A DNA stretch of 64,000 bases from a virus. A program made the translations under genes and the position numbers. Positions 1 through 9,467 of the stretch are shown here, in pieces (positions within the stretch are counted from its first letter, which is position 1; each line of letters begins with the position of its first letter). The notes beneath the pieces are model-generated. The model ran no database searches. It saw only the letters and a list, made by a program, of their open reading frames with translations, and was not told the DNA's origin. The stretch is taken from positions 1-64,000 of the IMG/VR virus record IMGVR_UViG_3300050821_004383; one strand, given 5' to 3'.

Positions 1-2873
1 ATGCTGTCGGTCAAGAATGTCACGATACCTTGCGGCGTTCTAATCAAACGAACGACTGGCGCAAGAAAGGGTAGTTCATCGGAAGCGAGAAATGCCTCGT
101 TCGGATTCCCTACCGCCGTGTCTGGACCACCTGAGAACGGAACGCTTTGCCCGTTCGCTCCCCAGATGCGCTGATAGTTGTAAACCATCGGCAAGAATGT
201 TGGGAGCGGCGGGTTGTTTACGTTTCCAACCGGAGCCGGGAGAAGAACGTTCAAGCCCGGGTAGATGTTGTTCGCGACACTCGGTAGGAAGTCAGCAAAA
301 GACCAGTCAAACAAAACGCCCGTGTTTGCCAAGGACGGGATGTTAGGGATTTCCGTCAATTCAAACATGGTGCCAGCGCCGCTCGCCGTATCCGCAGAGC
401 GCCAGATGACGATTGTGTCAACCTGGGGGTCCGGCGAGTATCTGCCGCTAACCGTGTTTACGGAACCCGTGTTTGCGCCGACAATCTGATTTACGGGCGA
501 CGCAGAAGATATCGCATTCGTCCCAGAACCTTTCGGAGCACCGAGTGCGACTCCGCCAGGAGGAACTGCCCCGCCGCCCAAAGGTGTAGGAGAATAAAAA
601 TCACCCACAGAGCGAGCCTTATAACTGTACGCATATGCCAGTCCGAACTTCCACGCGAGAGAATTTGTTGTTATCACCGAGACTGCTTGCCACGTAATAG
701 TGTTGTCTGTCGTCGTAGGAGGGGTGCTGGTTACAGTTGACCACGCAGGAGCCGACCCGCCAGAAATACCTGAATTGATAACAGCTTGAACGTCTCCGCC
801 GCCGTTAACTTCTGAACCGCCGAACTGCTGCGAAGGTCCTGGTGGTTGAAAACCGACGCTCGGCAAGTTCCACGTCTGACCTGATGCCCAAGGAACGTTC
901 TGCCCCACGCAGGTCCACACGATGCCGCTGTCCGTTGTAGTGGTGCCGTATCCTGTTCCCCACACGCCGGAAGATGCCGACGCAGTAGCTGTTTCCACTA
1001 CTCCGTTCGGGTTTACAGCCGTGATGGAGTTTGATGTTGCCGACACGACTTTGAATGTGCCGTTGTTGCCCGCGTTAGCGAAACCAGAAAATGTAACTTG
1101 GTCGCCCGGGCTGGGAGTGAACGACCAGCTACCAGAACCGAGAGTGTAAATTGTGTTTCCACCAGAAAGAGAAGTCGTGATGCTCTGGCTCGTTGCTAGA
1201 GAAGTTCCCGGCTGGTGAGCACCGCTATGCCCTAATCCGGTAGTACTCGTGCAAACTTGAAAGTTCGTGCCATCAAATACGCAGCCGAAAGTTAAGCCTT
1301 GTGCGGACCACGGAACGTACGGGAAATTCGCCTGCCATGCAGCTTGTCCTAGATTCAACCACTGCACCTGTTTATCGTTTACGATGGTGCCTATGGGTGC
1401 CGACGCGGGAAACGGAGCGTATCCGGAACCGGAAGTTCCGCCTGTAGTCGGGATGAACAAATAAATCTTGGTGCCTGCTGCTGCCGGAAGATTTCCGGTT
1501 ACGATAAAATCAAGCGCTGTTTTTCCGCCCGATTGCCATCCCGCATACGTGTGCGATTGTTTCCAACGCATATTTGCCATCGCAGCGGTAGTTGCGTAAC
1601 TGCCGATTGCAAACCAGTGGGTGTTGTTGTCGAAGTATCCGCCGCTCGGACCTGGGAATGCGCCAGAGAAGTTAGGCTCGTGTCCCGCAGAGCCTGTGTT
1701 ACCGAGTCCGCCAGAGTTCTTGAAGTTGCCATAAAGCGCCTTCACGCTAGCTACTGCGATTGCAGCAGGGTCAGCAAAAGAAGGGGGAGGAGAATTTCCA
1801 AACCAGCCCATGTCGGTGAAGAACGTGTTCGGTGCCCAGTCGTTCAGCACACCAGCGTTTGTCCACGTTACAGTGCCATCAACGATGGTGTTTCCTTCTG
1901 ACGCCGCGTTTCCCCAGTTAGGCTCCCCCTGTCCAGTGATTCCAAACTGAGGCGTTGTTAAGTTTGTACCGTCCGCGTTCGTGCCAACGATTTGCCAAAT
2001 TTGAGGAGTAGCGTTCGTATCCTTCGTCAGCCCCATTGTCGAGAAGACAGTGGCGGCTTGCCACACGCTGGCCGCAGCGCCGGAAGGCGTTGACGTTACG
2101 GTAGGCTGAACGGACGGAGCCGTGATTCCCCAATTCCAAACTGTGCCATTCGCGTTTAACGGGGTGTACTTCTTCACGTCTATGCCGTCACCGAAGTAGA
2201 GCACGCCCGCAACTGAAAGGAAGTACGCTTGACCTGCGCCTACGCTCTTAGCGAAAATCAGCGTTGCGGTGCCGTCCTGGTTATCTCGGTATACGCCGCC
2301 CGATGTAACAGCCGTGGCAGCATGCGTTTCCGCGACGCCCCCTGAGTTTGCAAGAGTAAGCGTTGTTGCAGTGGACGCAGTAGCGGTGTAAGTTCCGTTG
2401 TTCGTTGTGTTTGTTACGAAGCCGTTGATGGAGAAAACTAGACCAGCAAGGCCGTTTGCAGCGCCTCCTGGGAACGTTCCGTTGTAAACGGTGGTTCCGG
2501 CTGAGGCGTTGTTGGCACTGGTGATTGCCAGCAATCCACTGGTGCCTGTGTCGATGATTACTTGAATTGACCCATCGGCTACTTGGAAAGAGAACGCGCG
2601 GTCTGGGGGCGTAGGGTAAGGAAAGCCGCTGCCGCCGAACGGAATCATGCCAGGACGACGCTGTAGTGTTAGACGGTTCGTTAACTCTATGTTACGGCCT
2701 GTTAGAAGCGCATCCGGACGACCGCCGTAGAATCTTGCGGTGTAAACGTCGGACGGGTCGTGCAGTATCGCACGCTGGGTATACAACCCGGTGAACGCGC
2801 GGTCCATGAAAATCGGCACGTATTTCGGCTGCTTTTGAGGGCTACCGCCGTTTGCTTCCAATAGAGTTGTCAT
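1..2873 (-). CDS. Large tail/neck structural protein (possibly P22 gp10/nozzle-like), runs off the window start
   Basis: Own translation from ATG at 2873 (MTTLLEANGGSPQKQPKYVPIFMDRAFTGLYTQR...NIELTNRLTLQRRPG); absent from the ORF track because the stop lies outside the window; follows head-completion genes; contains repeated 'GF..NNGTF' and 'W...TTD..V.W' modules. Confidence 0.6.
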   Translation of the reverse strand, partial: MTTLLEANGGSPQKQPKYVPIFMDRAFTGLYTQRAILHDPSDVYTARFYGGRPDALLTGRNIELTNRLTLQRRPGMIPFGGSGFPYPTPPDRAFSFQVADGSIQVIIDTGTSGLLAITSANNASAGTTVYNGTFPGGAANGLAGLVFSINGFVTNTTNNGTYTATASTATTLTLANSGGVAETHAATAVTSGGVYRDNQDGTATLIFAKSVGAGQAYFLSVAGVLYFGDGIDVKKYTPLNANGTVWNWGITAPSVQPTVTSTPSGAAASVWQAATVFSTMGLTKDTNATPQIWQIVGTNADGTNLTTPQFGITGQGEPNWGNAASEGNTIVDGTVTWTNAGVLNDWAPNTFFTDMGWFGNSPPPSFADPAAIAVASVKALYGNFKNSGGLGNTGSAGHEPNFSGAFPGPSGGYFDNNTHWFAIGSYATTAAMANMRWKQSHTYAGWQSGGKTALDFIVTGNLPAAAGTKIYLFIPTTGGTSGSGYAPFPASAPIGTIVNDKQVQWLNLGQAAWQANFPYVPWSAQGLTFGCVFDGTNFQVCTSTTGLGHSGAHQPGTSLATSQSITTSLSGGNTIYTLGSGSWSFTPSPGDQVTFSGFANAGNNGTFKVVSATSNSITAVNPNGVVETATASASSGVWGTGYGTTTTDSGIVWTCVGQNVPWASGQTWNLPSVGFQPPGPSQQFGGSEVNGGGDVQAVINSGISGGSAPAWSTVTSTPPTTTDNTITWQAVSVITTNSLAWKFGLAYAYSYKARSVGDFYSPTPLGGGAVPPGGVALGAPKGSGTNAISSASPVNQIVGANTGSVNTVSGRYSPDPQVDTIVIWRSADTASGAGTMFELTEIPNIPSLANTGVLFDWSFADFLPSVANNIYPGLNVLLPAPVGNVNNPPLPTFLPMVYNYQRIWGANGQSVPFSGGPDTAVGNPNEAFLASDELPFLAPVVRLIRTPQGIVTFLTDS

Positions 2874-2889
2874 GTTTCCTTAAACGACG

Positions 2890-3828
2890 TTAAATGCCGC
2901 GACTGGTGTTCCCTGTTGTGATTATTCCCGCGTCGCCTTGGCGCTCGTTCGCGCGAGCAATCCACTGTTGAACGAACACGTTCTTCTGCATCTCGCTCAA
3001 GCCTGTTGCCTTGGCTAGAAACGCTGCGACGCCACGCTGACGGTAAAGCTGTGCGCGGCTATCATCGACCATCGCTAATGCTTCGGAAAGAAATAGGTTG
3101 TTGTACACGTCCGAGTACTGACTCGGAATCGGGTCCCAGCTAAAGTTGCTCACGAATGCCGATGCCGTTTCCGCCACGCCTGCCGCGTTCGCAAGCACGA
3201 GAGATGTGTTTGTAACGCTCACCACCGTAAACGAGCCGTTGTTAACCGCGTTGGTTACGAACCCGGTGACAATCGCTGTTGCTCCGACCGGGAACGAGAT
3301 GGTATCAAACGACCCTGTGTAGGTCGTGTTACCACCGCTCGCGTTGCTAGAACTGGTGATGAAGAACGGGCCGAACTGTGGAGACAGCTTCTGGTACGTG
3401 AGAGTAGCGGTGTAAATCTTCTCTGGCACGCCTAGGAAGCGAACCGTGTAATTCAAAACGTTTGAAATGATGGACGACGCTTGAACTGATGCCGCGTTCG
3501 GACGCTGTTGAAACGACGAGACAGCCAGCGCCGCGTTGTTTTGAATGTCCTTGATTTCGAAAATATTCCCTTCGTCGTCGGCCAGCGAAATCTTCTCTGC
3601 AAACGCTAAGTCCGGGACCGTTGACAGAACGTAATCCTGTTGTCCTACAACCGTCGGGAAGGTGACTTCCTTACGATTGAAGAACCACGTCAACGGTGGA
3701 TTCAGTATCGAGTTGCGAACCATAGAGGCAATTGAAACCGCAGGCTCTTGTCCGAATCCCGCAGTCAGCGGCGAATACTGAATAAACGGCTTCGCGAAAT
3801 TGATTGAGTGTTGCAGTGTTTGCGTCAT
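2890..3828 (-). CDS. Head-tail adaptor-like virion protein
   Basis: 312 aa; 'W.FNRKEVTFPTVVGQQDY' and 'IPSQYSDVY' adaptor-like motifs; position downstream of capsid. Confidence 0.5.
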   Translation of the reverse strand: MTQTLQHSINFAKPFIQYSPLTAGFGQEPAVSIASMVRNSILNPPLTWFFNRKEVTFPTVVGQQDYVLSTVPDLAFAEKISLADDEGNIFEIKDIQNNAALAVSSFQQRPNAASVQASSIISNVLNYTVRFLGVPEKIYTATLTYQKLSPQFGPFFITSSSNASGGNTTYTGSFDTISFPVGATAIVTGFVTNAVNNGSFTVVSVTNTSLVLANAAGVAETASAFVSNFSWDPIPSQYSDVYNNLFLSEALAMVDDSRAQLYRQRGVAAFLAKATGLSEMQKNVFVQQWIARANERQGDAGIITTGNTSRGI

Positions 3829-3831
3829 AAA

Positions 3832-5169
3832 TTATGGTCTCGGGTAGTTATACGGCCAAGCTGCACCTTGGAAGTTGTTACGGCTTCGGGCCGCGCCGAA
3901 GACGGTACGGCTAGGAATGAACTTGTTCTCTTCCAATTCGCGGTCTTCCTTCACGCGCAATTCTCGAAGAGCCTGCTCCCATAGCTTCCACGCGTTTTCA
4001 AACTTCGCATAAACCGCCTTCTCCGGGGAGCGACGGTAAAGCTGCGCGATGAAACCTTCGCGGAAATGTGGCTCCATCTCGTCCGGGAGCGGCGCAAGGG
4101 TCTGAGATAGGCTGACGAAGCGCACAGGCTTCATCTGGGCAGTTAAGAGCATCTGCCACTCGGTGCCTGACTGAGACGGAACCGGGGTGAATCGGAAGCC
4201 CCAGCCGTTGGGGTCTAGGACGGTCCAGACGGTCGTTGCGCCCGTTCCGGATGCCGTGGTGCCCGGGGTCGCGTTACGCGGCGCTAGAGGCGCTGTGGTG
4301 CCCTCGGTGCCATACGTGGTCAAGAGTAGGAAGTTCCCGTTGGCGTCGATTATCTGGGTAATCGGGTTTTGCGGCTGGGAATGGCTGCCCGTCGGAGCGA
4401 TGTACACACTGCCCGCAACCGGGTTATTGCCGAGGGTGCCGGACCCAACGTCTGTCGCGCCCCAGGTTCCGTAATACAGCGTACGGTTCGGGAACCAGTT
4501 GCAGCGGAAGCCTGGGTCGCCTAGCCCTGCGCCGCCTGTGTAGCTCGCGCTGACTTGCGGTAGCTGACGACCGCATTCAATACGAACGAACGGCTTCGGA
4601 TTCGCGTTGTTGTTGATATCGAATGCAGCGCCGCGCTCCAACCAGGACATGTTCAGTAGCGGACCTGCCGCCGAAATTGCGTTCCCCGCATGAGTCTCTA
4701 GCACGGCTCCGGTGTTCTTCAACACCAATGCGCCCGCCGAAGATGCAACGCACATAAACGTGCCATTGTTGCCGCTGTTAGTGAATCCGGTGATTACGAA
4801 CGGTACGCCAACGAAGCCGCCGAACGCGCCGTCTGGAATCACGCCAGCGTACGTTGCGGTGCCCGCCGCAGCGGAGACCTGGGTCACGCCCGTCAGCGTT
4901 AGATTGCCTGTAAGACCTGCCGGGTTAACGACCGCGTAGTCTTGCTGAAAGCTGTTCGAGTAAATCGGAGGAATGTTGAACTCGTTCCACTTGTGAGGGA
5001 ACGCTACTCCGCATATGGAATTCATGACGGTGTTGCAAGCTGAGAGCGCAACGGTCTGCGTGAAGCCCGCAGCGTTAACTACAGGTTCGAGGTCGCCGTA
5101 AGTCTGAGCGATGTCAACGAGGCTTTGAACCGTGACGGTCGATAAACTTGAAAACAATCCGTATGCCAT
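3832..5169 (-). CDS. Head-tail adaptor-like virion protein with inserted modules
   Basis: 445 aa; 'KWN...FQQDYA' and 'LPDEMEPHF' resemble the neighbouring adaptor-like ORF. Confidence 0.5.
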   Translation of the reverse strand: MAYGLFSSLSTVTVQSLVDIAQTYGDLEPVVNAAGFTQTVALSACNTVMNSICGVAFPHKWNEFNIPPIYSNSFQQDYAVVNPAGLTGNLTLTGVTQVSAAAGTATYAGVIPDGAFGGFVGVPFVITGFTNSGNNGTFMCVASSAGALVLKNTGAVLETHAGNAISAAGPLLNMSWLERGAAFDINNNANPKPFVRIECGRQLPQVSASYTGGAGLGDPGFRCNWFPNRTLYYGTWGATDVGSGTLGNNPVAGSVYIAPTGSHSQPQNPITQIIDANGNFLLLTTYGTEGTTAPLAPRNATPGTTASGTGATTVWTVLDPNGWGFRFTPVPSQSGTEWQMLLTAQMKPVRFVSLSQTLAPLPDEMEPHFREGFIAQLYRRSPEKAVYAKFENAWKLWEQALRELRVKEDRELEENKFIPSRTVFGAARSRNNFQGAAWPYNYPRP

Positions 5170-5177
5170 ATTCTACC

Positions 5178-6437
5178 TTACGTAATGAAGTACTGCGGAA
5201 ATCCCTTTGTGCCGCCGAAAGTTCCTATCCCGAATGTTCCCCACTTGACGATATCCGGACAAGCTAGAAAAACCGGAGAAGCAGTTCCGGGAGAAGTCGG
5301 AACTTGAATAAAACTCATCGGAGAAGACCACTGCTGAACAGGTTGATTGGGTCCGACTACAATCGTGTTTTCACCTAATCCGCCAGCATCAGCGGGGTAG
5401 GTGTACACTATCTCCCACGTGAACGGCTCAGTTCTAGGAGAGCAACTTACGACGGTGCCGACCGCCGAAAAACTACCGCTGGCTGACCCGCCCTTGAAAT
5501 TTACGACACCCACATCTGTATAATTTGTTGGCACCACCGGGTCAGAGAATGTTGCAGAAGAATCCAATTGAAAACCTGGGATGCCCGAACTGATTAGTGG
5601 TGCCCCTGCGGCAATCGACTCAGCTATCGGTGCAACATAAAGCAGTGACCCATTCAATAGAACATACAAGTGACCGGACGCTCCACCAATTACTCCGAAT
5701 CGGAGAACGTCACCTTGCTGCACTATCTGCGGTTGAAAGTCTACATACACATGGGTTATGTTACTGCTTGCGTCTAGTTGGTCCAAAAGCCATCCCGAAA
5801 CTCCGAAAACAGAACTTCCGCCCGAAAAAGGCCCAGTAATAATGAAGCGGTAACACGGAACAGTTTCATTTGTATTAGGAGCATCTGTGCGTAGATACAA
5901 GTTTATAACGCCGATTGCTCCTGTTGCGACGGTCCCGAAATCGTGCAACTGAAATTCTATCCACTGGTCTGGGACAGAGGTCCAGTCAATCGCAATATTC
6001 CACGTGTTGCTGTCGCTTTGAACGTTCGGGGGATTCAAATTAATCGTGCAAATGTTGTTATGAATTATCGTAACGTCTGTGTCGAAAAGCGGAGACTGCA
6101 CCCACACACCGTTCCCTAGAGGGTTTTCATCGGCGCGAGTGAACGTGTCTTGCGTTAACTGATTAGCGGAGAGCACTGCCGACATGGGGCCGTACGTAAA
6201 ATTGACACCCGAAATGTTTGCGCCTGAAATCGTGTGTTGAGAAAATCTTGGTCCGAACCCGAATCCTAATTTGCTCGGATAGATATTGTACGTAGTGCCA
6301 TCCGTCAAGACCGCTCCGGTATTGTAGTTACCATTGCTATCGGACGTGACAAAACCACCGCCAAACGTGACCGGATTTATATAAAATACAGTCGCGCTTG
6401 CTGCGCCGCAGTTACCTGAAATTCCAAATAGAGCCAT
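5178..6437 (-). CDS. Virion accessory protein (Ig-like N-terminus, beta-sandwich C-terminus)
   Basis: 419 aa; 'SDSNGNY..GTTYNIYPSKLGFGF' Ig-like motif; 'DTFTRADENPLG' typical of lectin-like virion domains. Confidence 0.45.
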   Translation of the reverse strand: MALFGISGNCGAASATVFYINPVTFGGGFVTSDSNGNYNTGAVLTDGTTYNIYPSKLGFGFGPRFSQHTISGANISGVNFTYGPMSAVLSANQLTQDTFTRADENPLGNGVWVQSPLFDTDVTIIHNNICTINLNPPNVQSDSNTWNIAIDWTSVPDQWIEFQLHDFGTVATGAIGVINLYLRTDAPNTNETVPCYRFIITGPFSGGSSVFGVSGWLLDQLDASSNITHVYVDFQPQIVQQGDVLRFGVIGGASGHLYVLLNGSLLYVAPIAESIAAGAPLISSGIPGFQLDSSATFSDPVVPTNYTDVGVVNFKGGSASGSFSAVGTVVSCSPRTEPFTWEIVYTYPADAGGLGENTIVVGPNQPVQQWSSPMSFIQVPTSPGTASPVFLACPDIVKWGTFGIGTFGGTKGFPQYFIT

Positions 6438-6592
6438 TACGACACCTCAAGCGCAGGCGTGGTGCTCGCTTTGAAATGTGTTTGGATGCAGCCGAAGGTG
6501 GTAGATTGAGAGGTTTGAGTAGTAGCAACTGTGCTCATTCTTTTCCCTGGAAATTAGTGGGGCGGAAACCGCCGCCCCTCGGGTTGTTTGCC

Positions 6593-7141
6593 TTAAATCT
6601 GTAGGTTGCTAACGTCGAGACCGTCTCGGCTCTTCGGCATCGTGCCCTTCGGTTCTTCACCGAAACGCTCCGAGGCTGAGGGCTTGTTGCTCGAATCCGC
6701 CGCCATATCGACGGCTCTCGCCCAACCGATGTTGGTCCAGTTCGGAATCTTGCTTCCGTTGCGTGTCAAGTACTCGTCTGTGTCGCCTGGGAGCCAACGT
6801 GCGCCGCACAACTGGCACTTGATAACGCGGTCGCCCTTTGTGAACGTGTGCATGTAAACTGCTGGGTCTTTCTGCTGACCGCGAGTACGGCCCTTTCCGC
6901 CCTTCAAATGGCGGCAAGCCTTCTGGCCTTCAATCTTCGCGACTGTGTAGTTCTCTGAGTCTCTGCGACGCTGTTCGTCGCGGGCCTTGAGAGCCGTATC
7001 CAACGCGGCTTCTTTCTCCGCGATGCGAGCTTCCTTCGCCATCATAAGACTTAGGAGAGCGGTAAACTTCGCTTCCGAGAGACTTCCAACCTTCTGCGCG
7101 TCTGCGAGAAGAGAGGCTACATCTTGTTCTTGCTTTGACAT
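6593..7141 (-). CDS. Hypothetical head-module protein (coiled coil plus Cys/His motif)
   Basis: 'CRHLKGG...HTF...KCQLC'; paralogue at 36934-37626. Confidence 0.6.
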   Translation of the reverse strand: MSKQEQDVASLLADAQKVGSLSEAKFTALLSLMMAKEARIAEKEAALDTALKARDEQRRRDSENYTVAKIEGQKACRHLKGGKGRTRGQQKDPAVYMHTFTKGDRVIKCQLCGARWLPGDTDEYLTRNGSKIPNWTNIGWARAVDMAADSSNKPSASERFGEEPKGTMPKSRDGLDVSNLQI

Positions 7142-7210
7142 AATACACCCTTGAGGTTGGCTAAACGTCTTCAACCGCCCTGTTTAATGCCCGGGGTCAG
7201 GCTATTTGAA

Positions 7211-7900
7211 CTACTGTCCGAGTGCTTCCTGGTCTTCGATATCAGAGTAACGCTTAGCGTGTCTCTTCTCCCAAAGACTGCGGAAGTATCTAGCGGAGAT
7301 TGCATTGGGTGATGGTACCCCAAAAATTTGATGTGCTTGTGCCTCGGTGATAATTTCTTTCTCAACGAGTTGAATGACGACCGTGCGCCATCCGCGAGAC
7401 TTTTCACCGTTCGGGATTCCGTGGTGGTCTAATTTAAGCACGCTCCACTCCCACATGAACGGCACGTCCAGGTAGCAAATAGGACGTAGCTTATTCGTTC
7501 TGTTTGGAGGAGTGCAAAACAACGCGACCGTCGGAATGCCGCCCGGTCCTACCCAGCCGTTATCGAAAATGGTAGCCTTAACGCCGTTCGCGCGTAGCTT
7601 CTTTTCAACGAAGTCTCTGGTAGTAATCTTGTTGACCTGTCGTGCGACCTCGTTCGTGAGGTTCTCCTGGTCATCCCACTTATATCCTACCGCCATTTTA
7701 TCCGAAATTTCTTTCTCGGCGGCGAAGGACTCTTTCACATACGACTTGTACTCGTGCGGCCACTTCACCCAGTTCGGGGTGCCGCCCGCTAGCATCTGCT
7801 GAACAGCCTGATGCGTTGCATCTATGTCGTGACGTTCGTTAAACGGATTCTCTACGTCAGGACCCTTGATGAAAGGTTGACCCGGAAGTTGGATTGTCAT
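7211..7900 (-). CDS. Hypothetical protein
   Basis: 229-aa ORF coupled to the upstream gene. Confidence 0.6.
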   Translation of the reverse strand: MTIQLPGQPFIKGPDVENPFNERHDIDATHQAVQQMLAGGTPNWVKWPHEYKSYVKESFAAEKEISDKMAVGYKWDDQENLTNEVARQVNKITTRDFVEKKLRANGVKATIFDNGWVGPGGIPTVALFCTPPNRTNKLRPICYLDVPFMWEWSVLKLDHHGIPNGEKSRGWRTVVIQLVEKEIITEAQAHQIFGVPSPNAISARYFRSLWEKRHAKRYSDIEDQEALGQ

Positions 7901-8298
7901 TTTTGGTATCCTTTGAGATATTCGATTGCGTTACTTAGGACTTCTATTGAGTCTTTGAATCTACCGAGGCCGAGGTTGCAATCTTCGCAAAGAAGACCGC
8001 GTCGGCATTTATCGCAACTTCTCAGATTTGGACAGCACGCGTGACTGTGGTCAACGTGCGGCGTTCCTTCAAATTCTTTGTGGCAGATAGCACAACGGCT
8101 ATCTTGCTCTACCATCTTCGCGTCGTATTGTTCTTGCGTGATTCCGTGACGGTAGTTTCTACGAGTCTGGTTTACCTTCTCTTTGTTATCTCTACAATAG
8201 ACTCGATTCTTTTCGAGCACCTCATCTCTGTGCTTATCATAGTATCTTTTGTATTTCTGTTGCGGTGTTAACGGCGCTTCTGAGTTTATTCTTCTCAT
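7897..8298 (-). CDS. Endonuclease VII-family (HNH-like) homing endonuclease
   Basis: 'GITQEQYDAKMVEQDSRCAIC...HVDHSH...RGLLCEDCNLGLGRFKD'. Confidence 0.9.
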   Translation of the reverse strand: MRRINSEAPLTPQQKYKRYYDKHRDEVLEKNRVYCRDNKEKVNQTRRNYRHGITQEQYDAKMVEQDSRCAICHKEFEGTPHVDHSHACCPNLRSCDKCRRGLLCEDCNLGLGRFKDSIEVLSNAIEYLKGYQK

Positions 8299-8357
8299 GT
8301 TCTCTCCTAGAAAGAGTGATTAAGGGCATGTGTTCTAGGCACATGCCCCCAATCTGT

Positions 8358-8386
8358 ATCCTAACACAAGTTGCAACTCGTGTCAA
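8358..8386 (-). promoter_or_regulatory. Sigma70-type promoter for the EndoVII gene
   Basis: Minus strand TTGACA-17 nt-TAGGAT, followed by hairpin GGGCATGTG..CACATGCCC. Confidence 0.65.
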
Positions 8387-8397
8387 GAGGAAACTTG

Positions 8398-9423
8398 TTA
8401 CTGAATCGCGGGCACGCTATCGATATAACGAATACGCTGAGTGTTCGTTCCGGTAGCTGGCGGAAGAGTAACTGTTTGGTGGAATTTATAACTGCACCAC
8501 CCCCCAATTGTCGAAACAGGGTCGAACGATGATGCTGGCGCGTCTGTTACGACACGGCAGTCAATCGTCTTCCAATCCCCGTCATCGAGGTCGGTGTCGC
8601 CCGGAACCTGCAACCACACGCCAATCATGGCATAGTTACCGAACACGTATGTACGGTAGCCAATCTTGCCGCTGCCGCTGTAGTTAGCGGTCGTGGTTAC
8701 GAACGGGGTCTGCATGAAGCCGATGTTGGTGCCCGGGAGAACAATGACCTTGTTCTGGTCGCTGCCCGCCATAGCATCAAACTTCTCCATGTTTTCGTAC
8801 TTCCACAAATCAGCGATGCTGTTGTTCACAGTCGTTGAGTTGTAGATGTCGCCCAACACGTTCGGGCTGATTGCGCCCAAGAACATGCCGCGCTTGCAAG
8901 GCAACACGTTCTTTGCAACAAGCTGCTGCTTCAATTCACGGATGGTGCCTAGGTCAAGGGTGAACGGAGATGCCAGCAAGCTGCTCTGGTTAACCTGAGA
9001 GTCCACAGTTGACGCGCTATCTGCTACTGCCGAGTACAACTCGCTGATGGACTGCCCAGCTTGGTAGCCAAGTTCCACGGCGCTGTTGCCAACAAGTTCG
9101 TCAATCGCTGCTGCGATAGCAAACGACGAGAAGTTGCTGTAGTTGTTCCACTCACCAATCTGTGCTGGCGATGACAACTGGCTGATGACTTCCGGGTTGC
9201 CCACGGTACCATCAGAGTTCTGGATAACGTCACCAGATAGGGTGTTGTACTGGAAAAACGTACGGTTTACACCCATGTGGAGACCCTGCACACGGCGTTC
9301 TGCCGCGCCAACGAATGCGTTGGTGTTGCCCTTCAAGTTCGGAATCAATTCCTTATCGAAAATGATTGCCTGAGCCGTTAGGACGTTTGCTACGTTTGAT
9401 GCTGACGGGTTTGGACCTGTCAT
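8398..9423 (-). CDS. Major capsid protein (N4 gp56-like, HK97 fold)
   Basis: 341 aa directly after scaffold; 'AIDELV...ELGYQAGQS', 'YRTYVFG.YA', 'DPVSTIGGWCSYKF' motifs. Confidence 0.85.
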   Translation of the reverse strand: MTGPNPSASNVANVLTAQAIIFDKELIPNLKGNTNAFVGAAERRVQGLHMGVNRTFFQYNTLSGDVIQNSDGTVGNPEVISQLSSPAQIGEWNNYSNFSSFAIAAAIDELVGNSAVELGYQAGQSISELYSAVADSASTVDSQVNQSSLLASPFTLDLGTIRELKQQLVAKNVLPCKRGMFLGAISPNVLGDIYNSTTVNNSIADLWKYENMEKFDAMAGSDQNKVIVLPGTNIGFMQTPFVTTTANYSGSGKIGYRTYVFGNYAMIGVWLQVPGDTDLDDGDWKTIDCRVVTDAPASSFDPVSTIGGWCSYKFHQTVTLPPATGTNTQRIRYIDSVPAIQ

Positions 9424-9467
9424 AAATCACTCTCGTCTTTAAACTCCTGTGTTAACAGGGTAAGATT

